The position numbers and the translations under genes were made by a program. A stretch of 64,000 nt of DNA from Escherichia phage vB_EcoM-UFV09: the sequence record MZ291552.2. One strand, written 5' to 3'. Below are positions 54,856 through 63,061 of this stretch, piece by piece. Position 1 is the stretch's first letter, and the number at the start of each line of letters is the position of its first letter. The notes under the pieces are model-generated. The model saw nothing but the letters and a program-made list of their open reading frames with translations, was not told where the DNA came from and did no database searches.

Positions 54856-55512
54856 ATGGCAGCACCTAGAATATCATTTTCGCCCTCTGATATTCTATTT
54901 GGTGTTCTAGATCGCTTGTTCAAAGATAACGCTACCGGGAAAGTTCTTGCTTCCCGGGTAGCTGTCGTAATTCTTTTATTTATGATGGCGATTGTTTGGT
55001 ATAGGGGAGATAGTTTCTTTGAGTACTATAAGCAATCAAAGTATGAAACATACAGTGAAATTATTGAAAAGGAAAGAAATGCACGCTTTGAATCTGTCGC
55101 CCTGGAACAACTCCAGATAGTTCACATATCATCTGAGGCAGACTTTAGTGCGGTGTATTCTTTCCGCCCTAAAAACTTAAACTATTTTGTCGATATTATA
55201 GCATATGAAGGAAAATTACCTTCAACAATAAGTGAAAAATCACTTGGAGGATATCCTGTTGATAAAACTATGGATGAATATGCAGTTCATTTAAATGGAC
55301 GTCATTATTATTCCAACTCAAAATTTGCTTTTTTACCAACTAAAAAGCCTACTCCCGAAATAAACTACATGTACAGTTGTCCATATTTTAATTTGGATAA
55401 TATCTATGCTGGAACGATAACCATGTACTGGTATAGAAATGATCATATAAGTAATGACCGCCTTGAATCAATATGCGCCCAGGCGGCCAGAATATTAGGA
55501 AGGGCTAAATAA
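54856..55512 (+). CDS. t: Holin T
   Basis: 218-aa ORF with one N-terminal transmembrane segment and large periplasmic domain. Confidence 0.93.
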   Translation: MAAPRISFSPSDILFGVLDRLFKDNATGKVLASRVAVVILLFMMAIVWYRGDSFFEYYKQSKYETYSEIIEKERNARFESVALEQLQIVHISSEADFSAVYSFRPKNLNYFVDIIAYEGKLPSTISEKSLGGYPVDKTMDEYAVHLNGRHYYSNSKFAFLPTKKPTPEINYMYSCPYFNLDNIYAGTITMYWYRNDHISNDRLESICAQAARILGRAK

Positions 55513-55785
55513 TTATTTGTTCGTATACATCTCTAGATATCGATATACACCCTCAAAACCCTCGTTGAATTCGTCGATGAGGGTTTTCTTATCTTCTTGA
55601 GTTAATTCAGAAACAATTTTACGGAATGAATTCTGATTTAATTTTCTACCTTCATGTGTTACTCCAATCTCATTCAGAAATGCAATAAAATTAGCACGAT
55701 TTTCAACAATATCTTCTCTGGAAAATTTAATCAAAATAGACGCAACAGTAATAATTTCACGAACTGTATCAATATTTTTATTCAT
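55513..55785 (-). CDS. asiA: AsiA anti-sigma-70 factor
   Basis: 90-aa ORF recognised as T4 AsiA. Confidence 0.95.
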   Translation of the reverse strand: MNKNIDTVREIITVASILIKFSREDIVENRANFIAFLNEIGVTHEGRKLNQNSFRKIVSELTQEDKKTLIDEFNEGFEGVYRYLEMYTNK

Positions 55786-55797
55786 TAACTATACCAC

Positions 55798-55950
55798 TCA
55801 ATTAGTTGACTTTGTTATAATATCATCAGACGCTTGATTTGTAAACTGGTCTGTGTTATTTTCTTCAAAAATTTTTTCTACGAATTCCTTGAACGACTTA
55901 CGTTCCTGAGCTACATTATGCTCGATTACTTTTTCAAGATTATGACTCAT
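55798..55950 (-). CDS. asiA.5: Small protein asiA.5 (50 aa); contains the asiA early promoter in its coding sequence
   Basis: Hand-translated ORF below the track threshold; ATG overlaps the arn stop (ATGA); GTTTAC-N18-TATTAT at about 55811..55850. Confidence 0.5.
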   Translation of the reverse strand: MSHNLEKVIEHNVAQERKSFKEFVEKIFEENNTDQFTNQASDDIITKSTN

Positions 55951-56225
55951 TCGAAATAATCTTCAATTTCATAATCATGGACGTAAATCATTATAGTTTT
56001 TAATACATCATCAATACTTTTTCCTGGAGCTGGAATTACGTAGAAATATCCTGCTTTTGAGAGGTCTTTATAAGTTCCAATCAGGAAATCATTATTCTCG
56101 AGATGTAGTTCTTCAACTAATTCATTAACAATTGAGTGGTATAAATTTGGTAGAAACTTATGTAGCTTTTCTAGAATATCAATTTTGATTGTGTATTGAA
56201 CCACAGACTGAGAATCAATAATCAT
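55947..56225 (-). CDS. arn: Arn, anti-restriction protein (McrBC inhibitor)
   Basis: 92-aa acidic ORF at the T4 arn position. Confidence 0.75.
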   Translation of the reverse strand: MIIDSQSVVQYTIKIDILEKLHKFLPNLYHSIVNELVEELHLENNDFLIGTYKDLSKAGYFYVIPAPGKSIDDVLKTIMIYVHDYEIEDYFE

Positions 56226-56308
56226 AGACCTTCCCCTTATGTTTCTGTTTACGATTAGAATCTTTAAACGCTTTCTTCTTATCTTTATGAACAGAAGCTT
56301 TATTAAAA

Positions 56309-56527
56309 TTATGTTTTGCGACTAAATTGTTCATAGTGCTGAATTACCTCTCTTAAACATTTGCATGTGAATGAGAACTTTTTAGCTACACCACATTCAA
56401 ATATATGTTCTCTTAAATCACGTGTATCAGTATATCCCATCTCAACAATAAAATGCCTTATTAGATTTTTATCTTTATCATTGAGAGAATTAAAATAATC
56501 AGATTTTGAATTAATTTCCCTGGCCAA
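56309..56527 (-). CDS. Hypothetical protein (72 aa)
   Basis: ORF in the arn-motA interval. Confidence 0.6.
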   Translation of the reverse strand: MAREINSKSDYFNSLNDKDKNLIRHFIVEMGYTDTRDLREHIFECGVAKKFSFTCKCLREVIQHYEQFSRKT

Positions 56528-56806
56528 ATTGAATCACCTTCAGTTGACGTTTTAATTCTTTTATCATTTCTTCGTTCATCGCAATATAAAGATCGCGTAA
56601 AGCAGGTTTTAGCATTCCATTTACCGGAGAACTAAATGGGCATACATAATCTTTTCCTACAAGCTTTTTGGTAAATTCCATATCACAAAATTTAAATGCT
56701 GGCTCATTCGCATAAATCCCCAATTAGTTGACATCATTTTATTGGCATATTCCAGTGCCTGAATTTGATTCATAATTCCATCAATTTGAAACTTTTTAAT
56801 ATTCAT
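56511..56806 (-). pseudogene. Probable frameshift-split gene: N-terminal ORF 56657..56806 and C-terminal ORF 56511..56723 overlap at a G4 run
   Basis: Upstream ORF has an ATG coupled to the preceding stop (TAATG); downstream ORF has no ATG or Shine-Dalgarno; one extra G at plus 56718..56721 would fuse them into about 98 aa. Confidence 0.4.
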
Positions 56807-57267
56807 TAGTAAAGGTCCTCAGAGTAAAGTTCTTTTTCACTACCACCACGTTCAATACGTACTTGTCCAGCGTAAGTTGCAATAATCATTGCTTCTTCGC
56901 GTGTCCAATAATTACTGTATTGGTCAATAAACCCTTGGTCATCATCACAAACTTGTTGAGTAACTAATTGAGGTTTAACTACATCTAAAACTTCTGCCAT
57001 ATCTTTAGAATAATGACGAGCACCTGGAATAACGAGAGTTCGTCCATCTTTTAATTTAAAACGGTTGGCTGCACAGACAATTCGTCGTTGATACTTTTGG
57101 TTTTCATCCCAATACGCAGTCTGCCAACATATTTCAGGAACTTCATCTAAAACATTTTGTTCTGTATATTCACCGCCGTAAGAAGCTAATTTAGCAGCCA
57201 GACTTTCCGGAGTCTCACGTAACAAAGCTTTATCTAACAGAGCTAAACGTTCTTTAAAAGTTTTCAT
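56806..57267 (-). CDS. Hypothetical protein (153 aa)
   Basis: ORF in the arn-motA interval. Confidence 0.65.
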   Translation of the reverse strand: MKTFKERLALLDKALLRETPESLAAKLASYGGEYTEQNVLDEVPEICWQTAYWDENQKYQRRIVCAANRFKLKDGRTLVIPGARHYSKDMAEVLDVVKPQLVTQQVCDDDQGFIDQYSNYWTREEAMIIATYAGQVRIERGGSEKELYSEDLY

Positions 57268-57593
57268 TTAAACCATCCTTTAATACGTTGCCACAAAGTT
57301 TTCTGTTGAGCTTTGTTAACACCAATTGAGCGAATAACCGGTTGAGATTCCTGGAATTCTTTATAATCAGCAAGATAAATTTCGTAAGCTGCATCTGTAA
57401 AGGAACTTATCGCTGCCATAAAATTATTACGAATACCTACTGGAGCATCTTTACTTTCACGAATAATCATGTATTTACCAGTCTTAATCTTTACGATAGT
57501 TCCAAGATAAGCTCCATGATACCAGATGTCCCAACCCTCTTGAGTAGGTTCTGCACAACGACGAAGTTCATTGACAATTTCTAACTTGTTCAT
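57264..57593 (-). CDS. Hypothetical protein (109 aa) immediately downstream of motA
   Basis: ORF overlapping the next gene by 4 nt. Confidence 0.65.
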   Translation of the reverse strand: MNKLEIVNELRRCAEPTQEGWDIWYHGAYLGTIVKIKTGKYMIIRESKDAPVGIRNNFMAAISSFTDAAYEIYLADYKEFQESQPVIRSIGVNKAQQKTLWQRIKGWFK

Positions 57594-57603
57594 TATTTAT
57601 TCC

Positions 57604-58239
57604 TCACAGTTCAGATGCTACAGTTATTACTGCTTCAATGTTTTCTGCTGAGCGTTTAATGTCAAGATACACATTACCGTTTTTAGCGATTTTACATGAC
57701 ATTCCGATGTCAGTAAATTTCTGAATATGATGTTCCATCATTTTGTATCCAAAAATTCGCATGTTTCCATTATTGTTAATTTCAAAATTGCGAATTCCGT
57801 GAGTGCGTTTTTCTAAAATAGCAAGATAGTTACTGCGGTAAGTTTCAACCTTTTTAAGAACAAATCCATTTTCATCTAAAAGTTTTAACATGAGGTCTTT
57901 ATCTTCTTCCATATCGGAAGTAATTTCGCGAGCTTTACGAGTTGCTCGTTTTTTCAGCAGTTCGGGAGCATTTTCCTGTGCATATAAAGTTGCTGCATTT
58001 GAAATAATATCCTGAGCTTCACCAGTAATGATTAATCCATCACCAGATTTCTCTACCAGGCCTTTTTTAATCAATACCCCAATATTATTATTAACTACTG
58101 CGTTACCTAAATCTGGATGCACCTCACGAACTTCTGCAGCTGTAATGAAATCTTTCTTAGCAATGGTAATTAAAATCGCAGCAGTTTTTTCATTCAGAAC
58201 ATCGTTAGAAGCTTTGATGATGTAAGTTACTTTAGACAT
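57604..58239 (-). CDS. motA: MotA middle-transcription activator
   Basis: 211-aa ORF recognised as T4 MotA. Confidence 0.95.
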   Translation of the reverse strand: MSKVTYIIKASNDVLNEKTAAILITIAKKDFITAAEVREVHPDLGNAVVNNNIGVLIKKGLVEKSGDGLIITGEAQDIISNAATLYAQENAPELLKKRATRKAREITSDMEEDKDLMLKLLDENGFVLKKVETYRSNYLAILEKRTHGIRNFEINNNGNMRIFGYKMMEHHIQKFTDIGMSCKIAKNGNVYLDIKRSAENIEAVITVASEL

Positions 58240-58274
58240 TTTCTAATCTCCGTAATTCTGTATCAGCAGTTGAT

Positions 58275-58312
58275 AGTTGTATAGTACCACAGTATGCTTT
58301 GGTTGTAAACCG
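58275..58312 (-). promoter_or_regulatory. Early promoter for motA
   Basis: Minus strand GTTTACAA, 18 nt, TACTAT, with A/T-rich upstream element. Confidence 0.55.
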
Positions 58313-58320
58313 TTTTGTGA

Positions 58321-58360
58321 AAAAAATTAAAATAAAAAAGGGAGAGCCTTCGGCTCTCCC
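58321..58360 (-). terminator. Intrinsic terminator downstream of gene 52
   Basis: gggagagcc-ttcg-ggctctccc hairpin followed on the minus strand by a U-rich tract. Confidence 0.6.
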
Positions 58361-58370
58361 TAAAAAATTA

Positions 58371-58517
58371 CTACATGACTGTGATAACTGTCATGATAAC
58401 ACGTTGAATTCCGAACGCAAGAAGACCTCCTGCTACGGCTGGAACAACACCTAAACCCGCCAGTAAAATGCTACCGGATACTAATGCAGCGCTTGTAATA
58501 CCAATGAATGGACTCAT
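58371..58517 (-). CDS. Small hydrophobic membrane protein (48 aa)
   Basis: Hand-translated; ATG overlaps the gene 52 stop (ATGA). Confidence 0.45.
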   Translation of the reverse strand: MSPFIGITSAALVSGSILLAGLGVVPAVAGGLLAFGIQRVIMTVITVM

Positions 58518-59842
58518 TTGATTTCCTCTAAATCTTTAGTGTATTCTGTAACTACATCAGTAGTTTTCCAATATTCGTTTTCTTCTTTTTTAGCTTTAGC
58601 TTCTTCAGCAAGTTTCTTTGCTTCGTCGGAAGTCATATGAAAAATATTCATTCCGACTAGTTTATCAACATAAGAAGAATACATCTCAATTTTAGAAAGT
58701 TCTTCAGTCAGTTCTTTGCGAGTTTTACCCTGTACAACGATTTCACCTGAAATTACTTTCTTAATGAAATGTGCCTTGGCAAAAGCTAAACGAAAAGCTG
58801 ACTCAGTTTCTTTAATTTTATTATCAATTCGTTTTTGGACATAAGTTTTACGAACTTCAACGAAGTCTTTGATTAAATCAACTACGTTATCGTAAACTTG
58901 TAGTTTTCCTTTCTCATTAATAACCGTAATATTCTGAGAACGACGCTCAATCAACCCGAAGTCTTTCATAATTTTTGCATGGCGTTCTTCTTCATTATCG
59001 CTCAAAGAATATTCTTTACGGAATTTAACTTTAAAGCCAAACCCGTGCTCACCACAAGCATCATCCCATGTAATGAAGCCTTTATCTTCAAGCGGGTCTA
59101 AGATTTTACTCACATAAGTTTCACGATCATACTTATACGGAATCTCAGTGATATGCATTTGAGTTCGTGAAGTAAACTTATATGTTCCACGAATTTCATA
59201 TTGACCGTCAATTTCAACGACTTCACCGCGAAATTCTGGGAATTCTACCTTTGGTTTAGTTACTTTCTTTCCTTGAAGAGCTTGCAATACAGCTTTCTTG
59301 ACAGAAGAAACACTATGAGGAAGAATGTAAGTTGCATAACCAGTTGCAATACCGGAAACACCATTAAGAAGAACAGTAGGAATAATAGGCAAATAGAAAG
59401 CAGGCGGAATGTGTTCTTTATCTTGATGTACCGGAGCATATTCAGTATCTTTATATACGCTATAGAAATTTTTACTTACACGAGCAAAAATATAACGACT
59501 TGCCGCTGCTTTTTGAACGGTACGAGAACCAAAGTTTCCTTGACCATCTAACAAAGGAAAGTTATTATTCCAAGTATTAGCCATCAAAGCCCCCGCGTCT
59601 TGCGCAGAGTTTTCACCATGATGATATCCAAGGTCCGCTACACCACCTGCAATAGAAGCGAGTTTGTGAAACTTATCTTTATTTCCTCGTGCCAAATCAA
59701 GAGCTCGAGCAATAACAAATCGTTGGACTGGCTTAAATCCATCAATCATATTTGGAATAGCACGATTTTCAACCGTGTACATAGCATAAGCCAATGCTTC
59801 ATTATCAATGATACTTTTTAAATCGCGATTATTCAGTTGCAT
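58514..59842 (-). CDS. 52: DNA topoisomerase II medium subunit gp52
   Basis: 442-aa ORF at the T4 gene 52 position. Confidence 0.93.
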   Translation of the reverse strand: MQLNNRDLKSIIDNEALAYAMYTVENRAIPNMIDGFKPVQRFVIARALDLARGNKDKFHKLASIAGGVADLGYHHGENSAQDAGALMANTWNNNFPLLDGQGNFGSRTVQKAAASRYIFARVSKNFYSVYKDTEYAPVHQDKEHIPPAFYLPIIPTVLLNGVSGIATGYATYILPHSVSSVKKAVLQALQGKKVTKPKVEFPEFRGEVVEIDGQYEIRGTYKFTSRTQMHITEIPYKYDRETYVSKILDPLEDKGFITWDDACGEHGFGFKVKFRKEYSLSDNEEERHAKIMKDFGLIERRSQNITVINEKGKLQVYDNVVDLIKDFVEVRKTYVQKRIDNKIKETESAFRLAFAKAHFIKKVISGEIVVQGKTRKELTEELSKIEMYSSYVDKLVGMNIFHMTSDEAKKLAEEAKAKKEENEYWKTTDVVTEYTKDLEEIK

Positions 59843-59846
59843 AAAT

Positions 59847-59987
59847 TTACCATACTAGTGAATGTAGTGCCATAATAACATCAGAAATGAAAAGCACGAC
59901 TTGAATTAATCCGAACATTACTCCATAATATAGTGCTACTAATAAAGTAGCAAGGGCTAATGAATAGCCCAAGATTTTCTTAATCAT
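59847..59987 (-). CDS. Small hydrophobic membrane protein (46 aa)
   Basis: Hand-translated; no clear Shine-Dalgarno; ATG lies 3 nt upstream of the ac stop. Confidence 0.4.
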   Translation of the reverse strand: MIKKILGYSLALATLLVALYYGVMFGLIQVVLFISDVIMALHSLVW

Positions 59988-60138
59988 TAGTAGATAACAA
60001 CACAAATGTTAAATATGCACACATACCCTGAGCTAAAGCTTGCGAAAACACACTGCTGGCATCAATACAGATAGTTAAAACACATGCTACTATCCAACAA
60101 ATAAATGAAATAACTCCTAATAATTTTGCAATATTCAT
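59980..60138 (-). CDS. ac: Small membrane protein (52 aa), probable Ac (acridine sensitivity)
   Basis: Hand-translated; GAGGAAAAT Shine-Dalgarno; size and position match what I recall of T4 ac. Confidence 0.5.
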   Translation of the reverse strand: MNIAKLLGVISFICWIVACVLTICIDASSVFSQALAQGMCAYLTFVLLSTND

Positions 60139-60148
60139 ATTTTCCTCA

Positions 60149-60226
60149 CTAGCGTCCGAAGACGCCTTTAGTTTTAAGATTATTACGATAGAACTGCATC
60201 ACATGTTCGTTATGGAAATTACTCAT
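60149..60226 (-). CDS. stp: Stp peptide (25 codons), activator of the host PrrC anticodon nuclease
   Basis: Hand-translated [25 protein letters not shown]-stop; ATG overlaps the ndd stop (TAATG). Confidence 0.65.
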
Positions 60227-60684
60227 TAATATGCCTGCAAAACAAATTTAAAGTTATCAGCCAACATACGGTTCATTTCTTCAAGTGTTTGATACTCAGA
60301 ATGATGATTACGAGTAAACGCTAAAGCTAACTGTCCTTTTCCAAATCCCGTCGTCAGAGGTTTCATCTTAGAAGCAGGCAGATAAAATACTGTGTATGGA
60401 ACATTGTTATTTGCAATAGTACGCGCAAGCTGAGACCGGCGTTGACGAATATGACTTAAAACTGCGCTGAATCCTTGCTTAGAACGCTGATTACCTACAT
60501 AAAATCGTGCAGACACACATGGATTACTAAATAGACGACCATCTAATTTACTCACTAAAAAGTAAAATCCAGGTTTAGATAAAAAGTCTTTATGTGGAAC
60601 TCCCAAAAACCATTCACCGTTCTTGATTGTACCAATAACGGTAGCGCCTGCATTATTCAGATCAGTAACAGTCATATATTTCAT
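60226..60684 (-). CDS. ndd: Ndd nucleoid disruption protein
   Basis: Internal ATG (MKYMTVTDL...) with GAGGAAAT Shine-Dalgarno; track ORF extends to 60732. Confidence 0.85.
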
Positions 60685-60744
60685 ATTAATTTCCTCTAAA
60701 TTATTTTCTACTCCAAGGCCGCATGAATACATACGGCCGATAAA

Positions 60745-60960
60745 TTAATCGTCGCAGTCGACGCTCAATTCCCAAAACTCTTCTACAGTATAAGTTTCAG
60801 TATCATTTTCAATACAGAAACGTTCATTACTGTTATTTGCTAAAGTAGCATTAACTGTCGGTTTCTCGCTAGTGCTCTTAAGAGGTGAAATACGAATTAA
60901 CTGATCACCGTTATCTAAACAGAAAATTTCACCAACTTTTACATCTTTAAAACTTTTCAT
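60745..60960 (-). CDS. Hypothetical protein (71 aa)
   Basis: ORF upstream of ndd. Confidence 0.6.
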   Translation of the reverse strand: MKSFKDVKVGEIFCLDNGDQLIRISPLKSTSEKPTVNATLANNSNERFCIENDTETYTVEEFWELSVDCDD

Positions 60961-60968
60961 AATTCACC

Positions 60969-61079
60969 TCAAGGAGTATAAAATCCGAATGCAGTTGTTG
61001 ACCATCCCATCCAATATGGGAAATTTGCGCCAATGTAAAACATAAGAATATAAAACCAACCGCTCAGCAAATTCATCAT
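60969..61079 (-). CDS. Small hydrophobic membrane protein (36 aa)
   Basis: Hand-translated; ATG overlaps the upstream gene stop (ATGA). Confidence 0.4.
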   Translation of the reverse strand: MMNLLSGWFYILMFYIGANFPYWMGWSTTAFGFYTP

Positions 61080-61273
61080 TTTACACCATTCCAAATTGTT
61101 TCAACCACGGATTTTAAACCATTTTGATGAATGTCCATTCCGACAACTGCCATCAAATAGATTCCAACTACAACTGAACCCAAGGCGAAAATCAGCATGA
61201 AAATGAATAAAGCCGGAAAAATATTATCGAAAAACCATTCAATAAATGTAAAAGCACTGCGTTTACGCTTCAT
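61076..61273 (-). CDS. Small membrane protein (65 aa)
   Basis: Internal ATG with GAGGAAAAT Shine-Dalgarno; track ORF extends to 61294. Confidence 0.55.
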   Translation of the reverse strand: MKRKRSAFTFIEWFFDNIFPALFIFMLIFALGSVVVGIYLMAVVGMDIHQNGLKSVVETIWNGVK

Positions 61274-61280
61274 ATTTTCC

Positions 61281-61394
61281 TCACATAAATCCAAAGTAAA
61301 CGTTTAATACATCAATCATTAAAACGATTGGGAATATACTCAAAACTATTAGTATTATAACTACATTCCATATAGCTTTAATAATCTTTTTCAT
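61281..61394 (-). CDS. Small membrane protein (37 aa)
   Basis: ATG with GGAGGA Shine-Dalgarno downstream of an early promoter; track ORF 61281..61529 runs through the promoter. Confidence 0.5.
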   Translation of the reverse strand: MKKIIKAIWNVVIILIVLSIFPIVLMIDVLNVYFGFM

Positions 61395-61414
61395 TTTCTG
61401 TTCCTCCGTAGTTG

Positions 61415-61455
61415 ATAGGGTAATAGTACCACGGAAGAACAGTCTTGTAAACAAC
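61415..61455 (-). promoter_or_regulatory. Early promoter
   Basis: Minus strand GTTTACAA, 18 nt, TACTAT. Confidence 0.5.
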
Positions 61456-61637
61456 TTTTTTAAAAATATTCGTAATAAATGTGAATACCAACTACTACCG
61501 CTGAAACCTGTGCAACCCACCACGCGCAAGCAATAAGTACAGAATTCAAAATTTTCATAATAACCTCATTACAAAAGTAAATGTTAAACAAATTACTGGA
61601 ATACTAATTAACCAAATAAAACACCACCATAATGAAC

Positions 61638-61910
61638 TCATAGCTCAATCTCAGCGATTTTCATTTCATTACTATTAATAGCCGCTTTAAGACTATCTGA
61701 AAGAATTACATTCCAGTGGTCATTCATATGACCATTAATTAAGCGTGTAATTTCTTCTGGAGTTGAAAAATAAGGCGTATCAGACTCCCAATGCGATAGT
61801 CCCAAGCGAGTATAAATCATACCTTCATCATCGCTAGAATATTCAACTGACACAAACTCATCAGTTATTTTATGTTTAGCGTAATAAAATTTAAATTTCA
61901 TTTTACTCAA
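61638..61910 (-). CDS. Hypothetical protein (90 aa)
   Basis: ORF overlapping the upstream gene by 4 nt. Confidence 0.65.
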   Translation of the reverse strand: MSKMKFKFYYAKHKITDEFVSVEYSSDDEGMIYTRLGLSHWESDTPYFSTPEEITRLINGHMNDHWNVILSDSLKAAINSNEMKIAEIEL

Positions 61911-62125
61911 TAATCCGCTAAAAGATCGACGATTGCATCACGAAGACACTTATTCGCAATACGTTTAAGAGCAATTTCAGTTTCTGGAGCATTTTGAATA
62001 ATCATCGAATTCAACTCAGCCTCAGCAAACTGAAGTTCTTTAACTAGTTCAGCTTTATATTTCCCTTGCCCTTTCTTAGCCTTTGCCCGTTTTAATTCAG
62101 CTGTAGTAAACATTTTATTCTCCAA
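61907..62125 (-). CDS. Hypothetical protein (72 aa)
   Basis: ORF downstream of an early promoter. Confidence 0.65.
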   Translation of the reverse strand: MENKMFTTAELKRAKAKKGQGKYKAELVKELQFAEAELNSMIIQNAPETEIALKRIANKCLRDAIVDLLADY

Positions 62126-62139
62126 ATCCGTATCAGTTG

Positions 62140-62180
62140 ATAGTTGTATAGTACCACAGTCCTTGTGGTATGTAAACTGT
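62140..62180 (-). promoter_or_regulatory. Early promoter
   Basis: Minus strand GTTTACAT, 18 nt, TACTAT, with A/T-rich upstream element. Confidence 0.5.
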
Positions 62181-62194
62181 TTTATGAAATTTTT

Positions 62195-62752
62195 TTAAAT
62201 AGAAAGATACCATCCATTGTAGTTGCTTTTTCTTACAACCTTACGAAGGTCTTCTCTGTCACCGATGAACTTCGGAGTGTACTGGATGACACCTGGATGA
62301 ATTTCTTTAGTGTTGAATATAATTATACAGTCCGCGACTTGATGATTTAGAATGGGCCCTAGATTTATTCCAGAACCATATGGATACTCTCCGCTGCATC
62401 CCGTTGTTACCGAAATCCAACGCGAGTCAGTTTGATGTGTCTTAACTTCTACACGGAGCCCACAGTATTTTGGATGTGCTAAAACATCCCATGCATATGT
62501 GTACGGATCATCGACATCTTCTTGGCCTTTATTGACATATCCGCTTAGCCAATCTGCCACAAAAAACTCTGCGTACACAGCGATACGGCATCTTTCGATA
62601 ACTTCTGCCTTATCCTGATTCGGATTTTGTTTTAAAGAGTATCTTGCTGTATCAGCAATTTTGACCTTCATTTCACTAGTCAAGTCACTGTTCGATAGGG
62701 TAAATGTCGGAATCTGAAATAGTCTCTGTAAACCCGGATTCGTTTTCTGCAT
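62195..62752 (-). CDS. denB: Endonuclease IV (dC-specific ssDNA endonuclease)
   Basis: 185-aa ORF at the T4 denB position next to rIIB. Confidence 0.85.
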   Translation of the reverse strand: MQKTNPGLQRLFQIPTFTLSNSDLTSEMKVKIADTARYSLKQNPNQDKAEVIERCRIAVYAEFFVADWLSGYVNKGQEDVDDPYTYAWDVLAHPKYCGLRVEVKTHQTDSRWISVTTGCSGEYPYGSGINLGPILNHQVADCIIIFNTKEIHPGVIQYTPKFIGDREDLRKVVRKSNYNGWYLSI

Positions 62753-62838
62753 TAAACTTTCCTTTTACGTCGGAATCACTGATATTCATACAATAAATCA
62801 TAGTTTCCCTTAAAACAAAAGGGCCGAAGCCCCTTATT

Positions 62839-63033
62839 TTATTTGAATTGTGCAATTCTTTTTTCTAAACACTCTGCGTAAGATTTCATTGAGATGAACT
62901 GTGAAAGTAGAAGTTCTTGCTCAACTGCACTAACTGTTAGAAACTTTGCGCTTTCTAAAAATTTGCTCAGTGCATTAATTTTGAGCATTAATTGATCGTA
63001 TTCTTCTTTTACTCGTGCTTGATAACCTAACAT
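62839..63033 (-). CDS. Hypothetical protein (64 aa)
   Basis: ORF flanked by GAA-tetraloop hairpins (gggccgaagccc at about 62821..62837 and 63049..63063). Confidence 0.55.
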   Translation of the reverse strand: MLGYQARVKEEYDQLMLKINALSKFLESAKFLTVSAVEQELLLSQFISMKSYAECLEKRIAQFK

Positions 63034-63061
63034 AATTTTCCTTAGTTAAGGGCCGAAGCCC

